DNA of 64,000 bases from Pristiophorus japonicus (GCF_044704955.1 NC_091999.1:21824001-21888000); one strand, 5' to 3'. Shown: positions 23,893 through 35,789, numbered from the stretch's first letter. The notes: a model not told the origin generated them from the letters alone. Numbers and translations are program-made.

Positions 23893-24656
23893 GGGTAAGG
23901 CACTTGGGCTGGGGGAGGCGTGCACTGGGACTGGGGTAAGGCACTCGGACTGCAGTAATGCACTTTGGATGGGGGAGGCTTGCACTGGAACTAGGGTAAG
24001 GCACTTCGGCTGGGGGAGGCATACACTTGGACTGGCTAGGGCACTTCAGCTGGGGGAGGCGTGCACTGGGACTGGGGTAAGGCACTTGGGCTGGGGGAGG
24101 CATGCACTGGGACTGGGTTAAGGCACTTTAGCTGGGGTGGGGGCATGCACTTGGAATGAGGTAAGGCACTTCGGCTGGGAGATGCATGCACTGGGACTGG
24201 GGTAAGGCACTTCGGCTGGGGGAGGCATGCACTGGGACTGGTATAAAGCACTCCAGCTGGGGGAAGCCTGCACTTGGACTGGGATAAGTCACTTCGTCTG
24301 GTGGGGGCATGCACTCGGAGTGGGATAATGCACTTCGGCTGGAGGAGACTTCCACTGGGACTGGGGTAAGGCACGTTGGCTGCGGGAGGCGTGTACTGCG
24401 ACTGGGGTAAGGCACTTTGGCTGGGGGAGGCATATACTGGGGTAAGGCACTTCGCCTGTGGGAGGCATATACTGGGACTGGGGTAAGGCACTTTTGCTGG
24501 GGGAGGCATGCACTGGGTCTGTTGTAAGGCACTTTGGCACTGGATGCATGCACTGGATCGGGTTAAGGCACTTTGGCCGGGGAGGCATATACTAGGACTG
24601 GAGTAAGGCACTTCGGCTGGGGAGGGATGCACTGCGACTGGAGCAAGGCACTTTGG
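23893..24656 (+). repeat. 41-bp G-rich minisatellite, about 18 copies (GGGACTGGGGTAAGGCACTTCGGCTGGGGGAGGCATGCACT)
   Basis: TAAGGCAC recurs at 41-nt spacing (for example 23896 and 23937). Confidence 0.95.
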
Positions 24657-25060
24657 CTTGCAGTCGCTGTCTTCTGGGAGTTCTGCCTCTGTTGTTTCAG
24701 GAAGTCAAAGTGGATCAAGTTACAATTTGCAAAGTCAGTGAGACGTTGGGATGGGTGGTTTCAGTTACACATTCGAGTGAAACCTCAGGCTGTGGCTTAT
24801 CCTCCAAAGGATCCAATCATGCAAAAAGGTTGGAGCATGGCGGCCATTTTTGCAGTACAAATAAGCACATCCTTTATTAAATCGCTCCCTCCCTCCACCC
24901 ATCTCTGACCCCCTGTCTCACCCACCGCGCATGCTCAGCTCACACTGCCTGGCTGATTGACGGCAGCTCCCGCCCAATAGGGAGAGCAGTTGTGGAGCTG
25001 GTGGTCTGGGTGGGCGGTTAGTCTTCCAACCAATCGGCGTGTGCAAGGGGTGCGGCTTGC

Positions 25061-25595
25061 TGTATTGTATAGGGTTAATCACATAGGGTTAATTATGATA
25101 TTTCGACATTTACAGTGTGTTTCTGCTTCATGCCTCGTGGAATGTTGTTGATGCAGAGAGAGAGAGAGAGAGAGACCTTGATGCGCACACCATCTTGTTT
25201 ATGGGACAGTCGGCGCCTCGAGGTCTCATGCTTTGTGAAAGAACAGCTGGGGCCTTACTGATTAGGAGTTGGCCATAAGCCACATGCACCCATGTTTGTT
25301 CAATAGTATAAAGGAATGGAACTGTCCAGTAGCTCTTTTAACTTCACCTTGGACCATGATTCACGAGCGGTGCCGGGACCCCCAAGGCTCCAGACTAGCC
25401 GTCGTTGCGGAGTTCCCGACGGGCCGAAGGCTTTGAGCTTTGTTACATCTTATCATACTTCTCTTTTCTTCATAAACTGTATTATGTTTCTTTTCCCTCA
25501 GTAAACGGTGTTTTATCTTTACTTCATTTGTCTTGTCTCTTATTTAACATTCATCCAGATCCCGAACCTGGGTCTATTATTATCGATCCAAAAAA
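25061..25595 (+). repeat. ERV 5' LTR
   Basis: Starts TGT; about 93% identical by eye to 30902-31430; TATAAA at 25307, AGTAAA at 25500. Confidence 0.95.
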
Positions 25596-25598
25596 TGT

Positions 25599-25616
25599 TG
25601 GCATCACGAACAGGAT
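25599..25616 (+). other. Primer-binding site complementary to tRNA-Ser(CGA)
   Basis: TGGCATCACGAACAGGAT versus TGGCGTCACGAACAGGAT expected from the recalled vertebrate tRNA-Ser(CGA) 3' end (17/18). Confidence 0.8.
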
Positions 25617-25624
25617 CTGGTAAA

Positions 25625-27290
25625 ATGTTTAAGAGAAAAGACAAGGAGCAGTCTCCTCCTGCGGGAGAGAAGTATAGAATACCAGGGTGGAGCATGAGGG
25701 ATGAGTGTTTTGGCTCTCTTGCCAATGTGCTAGCCCAGTTTGCACCCCCGCAGTATTGGGATATGCAGTTATTGGAACAGAGCAAAGATAGAACCGTAGC
25801 CCACGCGGTACTGTCTCTCCTGGAGGAAGCGGGCTTCCCACAGGAGAAAAGTAATCCCTCACAAATGGGATGGATTTTGTTGACAGCATTAAAGACGATG
25901 TGTAAACAACTTAAGGAAAGTGAGGCAGAAAACCTAGAGTTAAAAACAGCTGTTAAGGTTTTTCGAAAGTCAAAACTCGACTCTGACTGAAGCGGTCCAC
26001 ACTGCACAATAACGGGTGGACAAGCTCAATGAACAATCAGAAACTTTAATATGCCATCTGGTGACAGTACATCATTATTAAAAAGCCAGACGACGGAAAT
26101 TACAGATAGATCGGTCAAAGGTACGTGCATTCGTAGCTGGACCCACTTGGGATCCGGCTCATTGGGAAGGAGACATCTGGTACTCCTCTGACTCAGAATA
26201 TGAATGGTCAGATGGAGAGGGTGGGAACGGGAGGAAACTAAAAACTCTCCCCCATACGCTCCGAGCAAGAAAGCTAGACCCCTTATGACAAATAAGGTGA
26301 AACAGCAAGATGGGGAACAGCCAGTAACCACTAGAGGGGTGCGTGACTTCACCACTTGTGAGTTACAAGAAATAGGGTCTCGATTTCGCAAAAAACCCGA
26401 GGAATCATTGTCAGAATGGCTAACCCGGATTTGGGATCAGGGAACATCAGGCGTAATACTTAACCCTGAAGAGTTAATAAAAATGAGGACTATGATTACG
26501 GACTACCATATTACAGCAGTGCTACGAAATGTCCAGGGCACAAGTTCGCTATGGGACATGGTTACTATAGGGGTCCAGCAAAATATCCCTCTGCCGTTGA
26601 TTGGGAAGGGGAGGTAAAACCTTGGAGTACTGTGGTGGAGGGTCCGATACAAATGCACAACATGGAAACACAGGGAGGAACATATCACCAACAATATGGG
26701 GGGCCAGATCAGGAGCTCTTTACGGCAGGAATGCAGAGCAGGCTGATGAAGAGTGACCCTCCTATGCTGAGGGGTGCGCTACGTGCATTATTGGGACCAG
26801 CCCAAGAGCAGCGGGTAGGGGATGCTATCCTGTTGTTAGGACAGTTAGAGGATGTAGAAGATAGTGTGCGAGAGTCGAGAACGGCTAATGTAGAGGGGGA
26901 TCGGGACCAGCGACAACGTTCGACCTCTGGGAAAGATATAAGGTCAGGAAAGTCAAAAAAAAAGAATTGCGCAGAGGGACATGTACGCGGCTTTATTGAA
27001 AGCAGGGGTCCCCAAGGAAAAAAATTGATGCAATCCCAACAGGAGCAATGTATTCTATGTGGAAGCAACACTGCGTCCCGGGAACAGGGAAGGGTAAAAG
27101 GAGGGAGGTAAGGGAGACTAAGTCGGATAGCGTCAAGTCTGCGGATGCGGAGAAACCATCTCCCACTAGTCGATATCCCAGCGTAGAAGAGCTGTGGAAG
27201 GCTAGTAATCCCCTCGACTGGGGTGTGGCCTGGATCCGGGAGTACTCCCCGTTAGAACCACATCAACCCAAGCTCCCGGGGATCTGAGGC
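25625..27290 (+). pseudogene. gag: ERV gag (ERV-L/Fv1-like), with stops and frameshifts
   Basis: ATG at 25625; fragments 25625-25990, 26204-26617 (ESLSEWLTRIWDQG..ILNPEE, an ERV-L/Fv1-type capsid motif), 26551-27111 and 27048-27287. Confidence 0.8.
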
Positions 27291-27299
27291 CACACATTC

Positions 27300-30200
27300 C
27301 GATTACGATACATTGGCGGGGTGGGGGCGAACATACAAAGAGATGTTGCTTTACTAGACACAGGGGCAGAAGTTACTATTATCCATGGAAACCCTAGGAA
27401 ACACACAGGGACCTGTATGATGATTAATGGGTCGGAGGGGGCAGAAACGCCCGCTGTCCGAACAACTATCAGAATGGCGTTGGGAAATGGGCCTCCGCGC
27501 TGCGTAACGGTCTTAATATCGACAGTAAAGGAGCATATTATTGGGATGGACCTTTTAAAGGGAACCACACACAACATCTCGTTCGGGCGATTCTCATTCG
27601 GGATATGGGCGATCATTGAGATTGCAGAGGAAGCAAAGTGGGAACCAGTGGTAATACCACGGCCATTGCGTATAGTGACTATAAAACAGTACCAAATACC
27701 TGGGGGACACAAAGAAATAGGGGAAACCATACAAGGGCTCTTGGAAACGGGAATCATTAGACATGTGGTGTCCCCTACAAAAGCCCTGTTTGGCGTGTGC
27801 AGAAACCCGACAAAAGTTGGAGGATGACTGTGGATTACCGACAACTGAACAAATGTGCCCCTCCCCTGGCAACCGCTGTCCCAGATGTAGTAACTATAAC
27901 AGAGCGGCTGTCTGAAGAAGGTGCGGAGTGGTATGCGGTAACCGACCTGGCCAATGCCAGTTTCGCCATTCTAATAGCGGAAGAATCCCAGGACCAGTTT
28001 GCACTCACTTGGGAAGGGAGGCAATACACGTTTAAACGCCTACCTCAAGGTTACCTACATAGCCCTACCCTATGCCATGGATTGGTGGCCCGGGAACTGG
28101 ACATGTGCACGTTGGCTCCTAATATCTCACTGGCACACTACATCGATGAGGTACTAATAAGGGGTCCCACCGAGGCTGTGGTGTCAGAAGCCCTAGCTAC
28201 TTTAGTCCAACACATGCGAGATCTGGGCTTGGAGATAAATCCGAAGAAGGTGTAGGGCCCTAGCCAGATTGTCCAGTTTGTGGGGATCCAATGGACTCGC
28301 GGTGAGCGCATCATACCCGAGCCTGTGAAGAATAAAATTCAATAAATGGTCACCTCCACGAATAAAACTGAGACACAACGGTTCGTGGGACTATTGGGTT
28401 ACTGGAGGAGACACATACCTCACCTCACGTTGCTATTAAAATCGTTGTATGCCGTAACACGAAAAAAGGCCCACTTCGAGTGGGGAAAGGAACAACAGGT
28501 GGCTTTTGATGCAGCCAAAGAAGCCGTAGCTCAAGCTTTACCCCTAGCCCCGCGAGTGCCTAGACAGCCTTTTGAGCTCCAGGTATCCGTTACCAATGAT
28601 ACTGCAGTATAAAGTTTGTGGCAGGTTCAACATGGCACTCGTATACCGTTAGGGTTATGGTCTAGAACATTGACAGATGCTGCTGCTCGTTACACTCCAT
28701 TTGAGAAACAATTATTAGCATGTTATTGGTTCCTAACAGAAACAGAAGGACAGACAGGGGACGACAAATTCAGTTTAAGACAAGACCTACCCATATTATC
28801 CTGGGTTCTCTCAGAAAATGAGACACACAAGGTCGGGCGAGTGCAGCAAAGCTCCATAGTGCGCTGGAAATGGTATATCGCAGACAGAGCAAGTAAAGGG
28901 AAAGAAGGAATCACCCGACTACATGAGCATGTGGCTGGATACCCACAAACAGCTGAGAGTGAACTTACGCAGTCGTCTGTCAGTTTAACCAAAGAGTCAC
29001 CGATCTCCTGGGATGTGTCTTTTGAACAGTTAACACCCGAAGAACGTAGCCATGCCTGGTTCACAGGTGGCTCAGCGGTCTGGCGAAATGGCCTTCGGTG
29101 ATGGCGAGCCGCTGCCTTCAATCCAAAAAACCAGACAATTGTGCATGATGAGGGCGTGGGAGGCTCCAGCCAGCAAGCAGAACTAGCAGCTGTAGTCCCT
29201 TCGCCAGAAGAGGAACAGCAACAAATACACATATATACTGACTCATGGGCAGTAGCCAATGGCATGGCGGGCTGAATGCGAAACTGGCATGAACATAACT
29301 GGCAAATAACTGGGAAAGACTTGTGGGGAAAGTACCTATGGGAACAAATATGTTCCAAAGCCCAGAAAATGAAAATAACTGTATATCATGTGGACACCCA
29401 CATGAAAAACACTTCAAAGACTTCTGAATATAATAACACAGTTGATAATATAGCCCGGGTACGGGCTGTCAAAGAGGCGGAAGAGGAAGAATATGGCATA
29501 GGCAAGTGGGCCCAATACAAATCTGGACATTTTGGCATTCAGGGTACGATACATTGGGCACGAAATGGGGGGTTACATTTGACTACGGACGGTGTTAATC
29601 AGATCATAAACACCTGTGAAATTTGTCAAAAGGTGAAGCATTTCCCCCTACAACGACAATTAAGAGAGGGACTCAACCAGCACAAATATGGCAAGTTGAT
29701 TATGTAGAACCTTTACCATTGCAACAACGGTTCCAATATTTTCTCACTGTTGTTGATACCTATTCTATACTTTTGATCGCTTATCCTGTGACTAAAGCGA
29801 ATCAACCAAGTACGATTAAAGGACTGGAGAATTTAATCACATACTACGGTGAACCAGCAGAAGTACAGTCCGATAATGGGTCGCACTTCACAGGTCAAAC
29901 AGTGCAACAGTGGGCGGTAGATAACGAGATTTATTGGATGTTTCACATACCTCACTATCCGCAAGCTGCAGGTTTAATGGAACGCATGAATGGATTACTT
30001 AAACAACAGATTAAAATATTAACTCCCACTAACACATTGCAAGGGTGGTTAAAGATTTTCCCACAAGCAGTGCGCAATCTGAATCACTGACCATTGTGGG
30101 GGGAAACTCCCATAAGCCACATGTTAGGCAAAGTTAGTGTCCCTACTATTGAAAAAGAAAATCAGACTCAGAGCACAGTTTGTGAAGGAGGAAAAGTGTG

Positions 30201-30336
30201 GGTGCAGTACCCCCAGAAACGCTTACAAGCAGGGGAAATCTTTGTGAAAGAAGAACAAAACACTTATTGGGTGCTCCTGACCGGTCAAGATGTTCCTCCC
30301 TCTGTTGACAAGGGTAAATTGACTAAACGGGGTTGA
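27300..30336 (+). pseudogene. pol: ERV pro-pol (protease, RT, RNase H, integrase), disrupted
   Basis: LLDTGA; WRMTVDYRQLN, LPQGYLHSP, YIDE (mutated YxDD); RNase H WFTGGS..YTDSW; integrase WQVDY..SDNGSHF..LMERMNG; several stops and frameshifts. Confidence 0.93.
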
Positions 30337-30378
30337 ATTAATATAATTATGCTTCCTCCCACAGGAATTCAGCCCAAA

Positions 30379-30840
30379 ATGGCGACTTACCAACTCGTGC
30401 TGGCCAGCCTCTGTGTCTCGTTATCTGTGACTGTGCTACTTCCATCCTCAAACACAGCATGGGGTGGCGGATAGCTAACACTGATCGTATGCAAGACAAT
30501 TACTAACCTTCCTCCACACTGTAGACCTAACTCGTTAAGCTCAATTTCTAAAAGATAATCAAAAGGTCACTGACGAATTGAGCAAACGAGGGCGTACTCT
30601 TCATACTCTGCAAGTTGCTATGAGTTACAGTGAAGGCGCCTTGGTCAGAGTTGCGACAACGGTCAATGACCTTACTGTACACCATTGGTGGGACATCTTT
30701 TACGAATGGTCCCCAAAGACATCTGCCGCTTTGAAGCTGTTACTACATCCTATCGTTGTTTTACTCATCGCGTTATTACTGATATTTATGTATTCTTTGA
30801 TGTAGATTGTGGGCGTTGTTCGCGCATACACAATATGTAA
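30379..30840 (+). pseudogene. env: Internally deleted env-like remnant
   Basis: Splice acceptor CTTCCTCCCACAG at 30364; signal-peptide-like MATYQLVLASLCVSLSVTVLL; C-terminal HHWWDIFYEWSP plus a hydrophobic TM segment (HPIVVLLIALLLIFMYSLM). Confidence 0.65.
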
Positions 30841-30901
30841 CTGATGCATTACGCTTTCAACTCGATTATATTACTTAGAATGTCTAAATATCAAGATTGG
30901 A

Positions 30902-31430
30902 TGTTATTGTATAGGGTTAATCACATAGGGTTAATTATGATATTCCGACACTTACAGTGTGTATTCTGCTTCATGCCTCGTGGAATGTTGTTGATCCAGA
31001 GAGAGAGAGACCTTGATGCGCACACCATCTTGTTTGTGGGACGATCAGCGCCTCGAGGCCTCATGCTTTGTGGAAGAACATCTGGGGCCTTACAGATTAG
31101 GAGTTGTCCATAAGCCACATGCACCCATGTTTATTCAATAGTATAAAGGAACGGAACTGTCCAGTAGCTCTTTGAATTTCACCTTAGACCGTGATTCGCG
31201 AGTGGTGCCAGGACCCCTAAGGCTCCAGACCAGCCGTCGTTGCGGAGTTCCCGACGGGTCGAAGGCTGTGAGCTTTGTTGCATCTTATCATACTTCCCTT
31301 TTCTTCGTAAACTGTATGATGTTTCCTTTCTCTCAGTAAATGGTGTTTTATCTTTACTTCATTTGTCTTGTCTCTTATTTAACATTCATCCAGATCCCGA
31401 ATCTGGATCTATTATTATCGATCCAAAACA
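30902..31430 (+). repeat. ERV 3' LTR
   Basis: TGT...AACA termini; preceded by a decayed PPT-like TCAAGATTGGA. Confidence 0.95.
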
Positions 31431-33930
31431 CATGCTCGCACAAGTCTTTTACACAGGTTATACAATACAAGCAGCTTGTTGGAGCATAAAATGTTTCTAG
31501 CTTTCTCAAAAGCAATTACTTGTTTTTTTCCCCCATACCCAGTTCTCACCTTTACGCAATAACACATGTAAGGGCTCTAAGAGGGTGCTTAACCCCGGTA
31601 GAAATTTGCCAAAATAGTTGAGAAGTCCCAGGAACGACCGCAGCTCCATGATGTTCTGTGGCCTGGGCGCGTTCCTGATAGCCCCAGTCTTGGCGTCTGT
31701 GGGCCGAATGCCGTCCGCCGCAATCTTTCTCCCCAAAAACTCCACTTCTATTGCCATGAAAACGTATTTCGACCTCTTCAGCCGCGGCCCTACGCTATCC
31801 ATTCGCTGGAGGACCCCCTCTAGGTTTGTAGGTGCTCCACAGTGTCCCGACCCATGACCAATATGTCGTCCTGAAAGACCACTGTGCATGGTACCGACTT
31901 GAGTAGGCTCTCCATGTTTCTCTGGAAGATCGCTGCCGCCAACCGAATTCCAAACGGGCATCTGTTGGAGATGAACAGTCCCTTGTGCGTGTTGATGCAG
32001 GTGAGGCCCTTCGAAGTCTCCTCCAGCTCCTGCATCATGTAGGCCGAAGTTTAGTCGAGCTTGGTGAACGTCTTGCCTCCTGTCAGCATCGCAAATACGT
32101 AGTCTGCCTTAGGTAGTGGGTATTGGTCCTGTAGCGAGAAATAATTAATAGTTACTTTATAATCGCCGCAAATCCTGACTGTGCCATCACTTAGGAACAA
32201 TCGGGCTGGCCCACTTACTGAATTCCACTGGGGAGATGATGTCCTCGCGTTGCAGCCTGTCCAAGTCGATTTCCACTCTCTCCCTCATCATGTGAGGTAC
32301 CGCTCGCACCTTGTGGTGAATGGGCCGTACCTCTGGGACCAAGTGGATGAGCACCTTCGCCCCGGTAAAAATGTCTAATGCCTGGCTCAAAAAGGGAAGG
32401 ATATTTTTAAGAACCTGGGTACATGAGGCCTCATCGACATGTGATAGCGCTCGGATGTCATCCCAGTTCCAGCGGATTTTGCCCAGCCAACTCCTTCCAA
32501 ACAGTGTGGGGTCATCGCCCGGGACAATCCAGAGTGGCAGTTCATGCACCGTGCCCTCATAGGTGACCTTGACCATGGCGCTGCGCAGGACAGTGATGAG
32601 CTCTTTGGTGTACGTTCTCAGTTTCGTGTGCATGGGGCTCAGGGCTGGTATGAGAGTCTTGTTGCACCACAGTCTCTCAAACATCTTTTTACCCATGATG
32701 GATTGGCAAGCGCTAGTGTCCAGTTCCATGGCTACGTGTAAGCCATTGAATTTAACATTTAGCATTATAGGTGGACATTTTGTCGAAAATGTGTACAGCC
32801 CGTCTACTTCAGCATCTGCCTCCTCTCTCTGAGGCTCGAAATTGCTTTTATCCACCATGGACTGATCTTACTCTGCCACGTGGTGGTCAGCAGGTTACAA
32901 GCTCGTTGGAGGAGCCCCATTGTTCCACAGCTGTTGCAAACATACCCTTTGGAGCGGCATGATTAGGCTGAATGGAAGCCTGCACAACGCCAACAAGGTG
33001 TGAATTACCTTGCATTCATCCTTTGTTGCGGACTCTGAGTCATCTGGGTCACCTGAGGCCTTCTGGCTGTTGCAAACTCGTGGTTTCTGCCCTGTACATT
33101 TCTGCTCACAAACACAGTTCCAATTAATTTGTGAACATTGCAAGCACTTGTGTGCTGAGAGATTTGTTTGGTGTTATCACTGACGGACATAAACGCCTGT
33201 GCTATTTCAATGGACTTACTGAGGGTCGGTGTCTCTTCAGTCAAAAGTTTTCGTCAGATGGTCTCGTGGCCAATGCCCAGTACAAAAAAGTCTCCGAGCA
33301 GCTGCTCCAGGTAGCCATCATATTCACATTGTCCTGCAAGTCGCCTTAGCTCGGCGATGTAGCTCGCCACTTCCTGACCTTCAGATCGCTGGCACATGTA
33401 GAACCGATACCACGCCATCAGCACGCTCTCCCTCGGGTTAAGATGCTCCCGAATCAGTGCACACAGCTCCTCATACGACTTATCTGTGAGTTTCACTGAA
33501 GCCAGAAGATTCCTCATGAGGCTGTAGGTCGGTGCCACGCAAACCGTGAGGAGGACTGCTCTCCTTTTCGCAGCACCTCCTTCTCCATCCAGCTCATTGG
33601 TTACAAAGTACTGGTTTAGCCGTTCGACATAGGCTTCCTAGTCCCCATCCTCCAAGACCTTCTCCAGGACGCCCACAGTTTGCTGCATCTTTCCATTGGA
33701 TTTGCATAGTCGTCGCCAGTTATTGTGTTCCTAACAGAGATGAGACTGCACACAGGGAGGTTAAAGTAACAGTGACCTCAGTCTTTATTAAGGCACTCCA
33801 GAATGAGGAACAGGCCTTAGGGGCCGGCTTATATACAGTGCTCCCAAGGGATGCTGGGATCCCTTGGGACTTCAGGGGATGTGATACCTGTTGGCAGAAC
33901 ATGGGAGTGCATGCTTTACAGATACAGAAC
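31431..33930 (-). mobile_element. Gypsy/Ty3 LTR retrotransposon, 5' half (LTR-PBS-gag-PR-RT), cut off at RNase H
   Basis: LTR ~33720-33930 with TATATAA and AATAAA on the minus strand; PBS TGGCGACGAC (33709-33718); gag ATG at 33688 (YVERLNQYF; LRRLAGQCEY); PR MELDTSA; RT WASPIVP, FQDDILV, LRSFLGLLNYF; ends at ..KRLVRAC exactly at the ERV LTR. Confidence 0.9.
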
Positions 33931-33934
33931 ACAC

Positions 33935-34770
33935 CCCTCCCCCAACTCGGGCTCCCACCCCTCCTCTCCCCAACTCGGGCTCTCTCCCAGCTCAACTCGG
34001 GCTCCCTACCCTCCCCCCACAACTCGGGCTCCCTCCCCTCCCACCAACCACAATCTGGCTCGGGCTCCCTCCCCTCCCGACTCGGGCTCCTTCACCCTCC
34101 CCTCTCCTACCGACTCGAGCTCCTACATCCTCCCCTCCCCCCCGACTCGAGCTATCACCACACCCACCCCCCCGCAACTCAGGCTACTCCTCTCCCCCAC
34201 AACTGGGGCTTCTCACCTCCCCCAACTGGGGTTCCTCCCCACCCCCCAACTCGGGCTCCTCTCCTCCCCACAACTCAGGCTCCTCCCCTTCCCCCTCTCC
34301 CCAAAAAACTTGGGCATTCCCCCTCCCCCACTCCCCCAACTCGGGCTCTCCCCCTCCCTCACCCTCTCCCCCAACACGGGCTCTCCCCCTCCCTCTCTCC
34401 CCCAATTCGGGCTCTCCCCCAACTCGGACTCTCCCCTTCCACCTCTCCCTCAACTCGGGCTCCCCCTCCCCCTCTCCCCAAACTCGGGCTCCCCATCCTC
34501 TCTCCCCCAACACGAGATTTCCTCCTCCCCCTCCCCCGCAACCCGGGATCCCCCCTCCCCCTCAATCGGGCTCTAACCCTCTACCCCAACTCGGGCTCTT
34601 CCCCTCCCCCTCTCCCCCAACTTGTGCTCTCCCCATCCCCCCTCCCCCAACTCAGGCTCTCCCTCTCCACCCCTCTCACCCAACTCGTTCTTTCTCCCTT
34701 CCCCTCTCCACCAACTCCGGCTCCCCCAACCCCGTCTCTCCCCCTACCCCAACTCGGGCTCGCCCCCTCC
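33935..34770 (+). repeat. C-rich satellite (CCCCAACTCGGGCTC units); G-rich on the minus strand
   Basis: More than 25 degenerate copies. Confidence 0.9.
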
Positions 34771-34930
34771 CACCTGAAGGTACTGACTCTGGCTGGGTTC
34801 AGTTTTACAGTCACTGGCTCCCCTCCCCTGAATGTACTGACTCTGGCTGGGTTCAGTTCTACACTCACTGGTTCCCTTCCCCTGAAGGTACTGACTCTGG
34901 CTGGGTTCAGTTCTACACTCACTGGTTCCT
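34771..34930 (+). repeat. ~55-bp ZNF-associated repeat (CCTGAAGGTGCTGACTCTGGCTGGGTTCAGTTCTACACTCACTGG)
   Basis: 3 copies; the same unit occurs at 39765-40035 (+) and 47900-48135 (-), each just upstream of a ZNF exon. Confidence 0.85.
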
Positions 34931-35129
34931 CACTGTTTGTGAAATGCTCCTGACACTTTATTAAACACACACAGCAGAAGCCCATGAATGTGATGCTAGA
35001 TCACTGACTCTTGAACAGCCAGCAGTGTTGAGCCTCCTGAGGATTCGATCCCTTTACGGCCAGTATTTACAGGAGCTGGGACACGGGAAATTATACATTT
35101 GTTCACTAAAAATAGTAATTTCTACTTAA

Positions 35130-35610
35130 TTTACAGACGCTCCCTGAACAATCCCCATTTTCCCTCCATTTGCAAACGCTCCCTGATCGGTACCCATTTC
35201 TCCATTTACGGACACTCCCTGTCCAGTCCCCATTTCTCCCAAATTTACAGATGCTTCCTGACCAGTCCCCATTTCTCCTCCATTTACAGACGCTCCCTAA
35301 CAGGTCCCCATTTCTCCATTAACAGACACTCCATGACCGGTCCTCATTTCTCCTCCATTTAAAGACACTCCCAGACCGGTCCTCATTTCTCCTCCATTTA
35401 CAGACACTCCCTGACCGGTCCTCATTTCTCCTCCATTTACAGACACTCCCTGATCAGTCCCCATTCCTCCTCCATTTACAGATGCTCCCTGACCAGTCCC
35501 CATTTCTCCATTTACGGACGCTCCCTGACCAGTTGCTATTTCTCCTCCATTTACAGACACTCCCTGACCACTCCCCATTTCTCCTCCATTATAGACACTC
35601 CCTAACTCGC
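35130..35610 (+). repeat. ~39-bp tandem repeat (CATTTCTCCTCCATTTACAGACGCTCCCTGACCAGTCCC)
   Basis: About 12 copies; the family recurs at 62850-62940 and 63635-63730. Confidence 0.9.
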
Positions 35611-35789
35611 TGGGGATTTCCCAGCACTTCCTGCTGGTCCCAGAGTCTGTGTCTGAAACTGGCGGGTGGTTGTGGTGCAGCGGATAATGCGGCGTGTTGT
35701 CTCTTAAACTCCAGGAGGAATCGGGATTTTGTGTTGTGGCTTAAACAGATGGAACCCTGTGGGGTGGAGTAAACATTGGATCATCTGTT

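Larger units (their letters stand above)
25061..31430 (+). mobile_element. Class III (ERV-S/ERV-L-like) endogenous retrovirus, defective provirus with two LTRs
   Basis: Paired LTRs, PBS, ERV-L-type gag, pro-RT-RH-IN and an env-like remnant. Confidence 0.92.

Noticed and set aside
22925-24656. Regular repeats as a CRISPR array, or their Pro-rich ORFs as genes
   Set aside because: Head-to-tail units with no unique spacers in a vertebrate genome; the ORFs are translations of the repeat.
25056-31435. CTTGC/CATGC as a confirmed 5-bp target-site duplication
   Set aside because: Only 4/5 match and the flanking sequences are not continuous, so it is not accepted as proof of a simple insertion.
33772-34964. 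Long Pro/Leu-rich ORFs (393, 357 and 241 aa)
   Set aside because: Open in all three frames because the C-rich satellite lacks stop codons; they start inside a Gypsy LTR.
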